From Balanoglossus misakiensis (Eukaryota; Animalia; Hemichordata), in assembly GCA_040954595.2 (NCBI GenBank), contig CM082585.2:1006814-1070813 (forward strand): a stretch of 64,000 bases of DNA, written 5' to 3'. A model generated the notes under the pieces. That model made no database searches. It saw nothing but the letters and a program-made list of their open reading frames with translations, and was not told the origin of the DNA. Position numbers and translations under genes: made by a program. Positions 61,601-64,000 of the stretch are shown here, one piece after another. The number at the start of each line of letters is the position of its first letter. The stretch's first letter is position 1.

Positions 61601-64000
61601 TGTCATTTTTTGATGATTTTCACCCATGATTTTTTTCAAAAATCGACGAAATTTTGAGATTTTGCAAAGTCGAAAATTTGTCATTTTTTGATTATTTTCA
61701 CCCATGATTTTTTCAAAAATTGACGAAATGTTGAGATTTTGCAAAGTCGAAAATTTTGTCATTTTTTGATGATTTTCACCCGTTTTTTTTCAAAATTTGT
61801 CATTTTTTCATGATTTTCACCCATGATTTTTTTCAAAAATCGACGAAATTTTGTGATTTTGCAAAGTCGAAAATTTTGTCATTTTTTGATGATTTTCAAC
61901 CATGATTTTTTTTCAAAAATCGACGAAATTTTGTGATTTTACAAAGTCGAAAATTTTGTCATTTTTTGATGATTTTCAACCATGATTTTTTTTCAAAAAT
62001 CGACGAAAATTTGAGATTTTGCAAAGACGAAAATTTGTCATTTTTGATGATTTTTACCCATGATTTTTTTTCAAAAATGGACGAAATTTTGAGATTTTGC
62101 AAAGACGAAAATTTGTCATTTTTTGATGATTTTCACCCATGATTTTTTTTCAAAAATCGACGAAATTTTGAGATTTTGCAAAGTCGAAAATGTGTCATTT
62201 TTTGATGATTTTCACCCGTTTTTTTTCAAAATTTGTCATTTTTTGATGATTTTCACCCATGATTTTTTTTCAAAAATCGACGAAATTTTGAGATTTTGCA
62301 AAGTCGAAAATTTGTCATTTTTTGATGATTTTCACCCATGATTTTTTTTAAAAAATGGACGAAATTTTGAGATTTTGCAAAGACGAAAATTTGTCATTTT
62401 TTGATGATTTTCACCCATGATTTTTTTTCAAAAATCGACGAAATTTTGAGATTTTGCAAAGTCGAAAATGTGTCATTTTTTGATGATTTTCACCCGTTTT
62501 TTTTCAAAATTTGTCATTTTTTGATGATTTTCACCCATGATTTTTTTTCAAAAATCGACGAAATTTTGAGATTTTGCAAAGTCGAAAATTTGTCATTTTT
62601 TGATGATTTTCACCCATGATTTTTTTTAAAAAATGGACGAAATTTTGAGATTTTGCAAAGACGAAAATTTGTCATTTTTTGATGATTTTCACCCATGATT
62701 TTTTTTCAAAAAACGACGAAATTTTGAGATTTTGCAAAGAGGAAAATTTGTCATTTTTTCATGATTTTCACCCATGATTTTTTTCAAAAATCGACGAAAT
62801 TTTGAGATTTTGCAAAGAGGAAAATTTGTCATTTTTTCATGATTTTCACCCATGATTTTTTTCAAAAATCGACGAAAATTTGAGATTTTGCAAAGACGAA
62901 AATTTGTCATTTTTGATGATTTTTACCCATGATTTTTTTTCAAAAATGGACGAAATTTTGAGATTTTGCAAAGACGAAAATTTGTCATTTTTTGATGATT
63001 TTCAGCAATGATTTTTTTTCAAAAAACGACGAAATTTTGAGATTTTGCAGAGGAAAATGTGTCATTTTTTGATGATTTTCACCCGTTTTTTTTTTCAAAA
63101 TTTGTCATTTTTTGATGATTTTCTCCCATGATTTTTTTCAAAAATTGACGAAATTTTGAGATTTTGCAAAGTCGAAAATTTGTCATTTTTTGATGATTTT
63201 CACCCATGATTTTTTTCAAAAATCGACGAAATTTTGAGATTTTGCAAAGTCGAAAATTTGTCATTTTTTGATGATTTTCCCCCATGTTTTTTTTTTTAAA
63301 TGGACGAAATTTTGAGATTTTGCAAAGACGAAAATTTGTTATTTTTTGATGATTTTCACCCATGATTTTTTCAAAAATTGACGAAATTTTGAGATTTTGC
63401 AAAGTCGAAAATTTGTCATTTTTTGATGAGTTTCACACATGATTTTTTTCAAAAATCGACGAAATTGTGAAATTTTGCAAAGACGAAAATTTGTCATTTT
63501 TTGATGATTTTTACCCATGATTTTTTTTCAAAAATGGACGAAATTTTGAGGTTTTGCAAAGTCGAAAATTTGTCATTTTTTGATGATTTTCACACATGAT
63601 TTTTTTCAAAAATCGACGAAATTGTGAGATTTTGCAAAGACGAAAATTTGTCATTTTTTGATGATTTTTACCCATGATTTTTTTTCAAAAATGGACGAAA
63701 TTTTGAGGTTTTGCAAAGTCGAAAATTTGTTATTTTTTGATGATTTTCACCCATGTCTTTTTTTAAAAATCGACGAAATTTTGAGATTTTGCAAAGAGGA
63801 AAATTTGTCATTTTTTCATGATTTTCCCCCATGATTTTTTTCAAAAATCGACGAAATTTTGAGATTTTGCAAAGTCGACGAAAATGTGTCATTTTTTGAT
63901 GATTTTCAACCGTTTTTTTTTCAAAATTTGTCATTTTTTGATGATTTTCACCCATGTTTTTTTTTTAAAAAATCGACGAACCTATGATTTTTTTCAAAAT
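40646..64000. repeat. ~78-bp (76-80) AT-tract satellite, more than 23 kb and running off the window end, with higher-order duplications
   Basis: Consensus CATGATTTTTTTCAAAAATCGACGAAATTTTGAGATTTTGC(AA)AGTCGAAAATTTGTCATTTTTTGATGATTTTCACC. All K/F/I-rich ORFs here are repeat artefacts. Confidence 0.98.

Noticed and set aside
40494-63955. Dozens of K/F/I/N-rich ORFs
   Set aside because: They are translations of the 78-bp satellite, with constant homopolymer frameshifts.

Overview
This is animal (metazoan invertebrate-type) nuclear DNA, not prokaryotic, and most ORFs in the supplied track are artefacts of tandem repeats. (1) 0.3-2.9 kb holds minisatellites and small duplications. (2) About 2.99-14.31 kb is an 11.3-kb satellite of two interspersed monomers (90 bp and 74/75 bp) arranged in 1.8-2.1-kb higher-order blocks. 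(3) 15.2-34.6 kb (minus strand) carries 16 exons or exon remnants that I reconstructed by hand from splice sites and phases. They encode C-type lectin - CUB x3 - Sushi x4 - cbEGF x2, closely matching my recollection of the N-terminal part of Drosophila Uninflatable. This copy has at least six disabling lesions (TGG>TGA stop, AG>CG acceptor, GT>TT donor, an overwritten donor, a 2-bp frameshift, TE truncation of an exon), so it is probably a recently dead, intron-containing pseudogene. Its introns are packed with MITEs (TTAA/Kolobok-like, TA/Tc1-like, hAT-like), a HINE-like element and long hairpin elements. (4) 36.6-39.8 kb is a decayed non-LTR retrotransposon interrupted by a young 796-bp TTAA-TIR element. 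(5) 40.65-64 kb is an AT-tract-rich ~78-bp satellite with kb-scale higher-order duplications. I found no CRISPR array, rRNA or tRNA gene, and no convincing novel multi-gene system. The best leads are the dead uif-like gene, the two-monomer satellite, and the GNA-loop hairpin elements.
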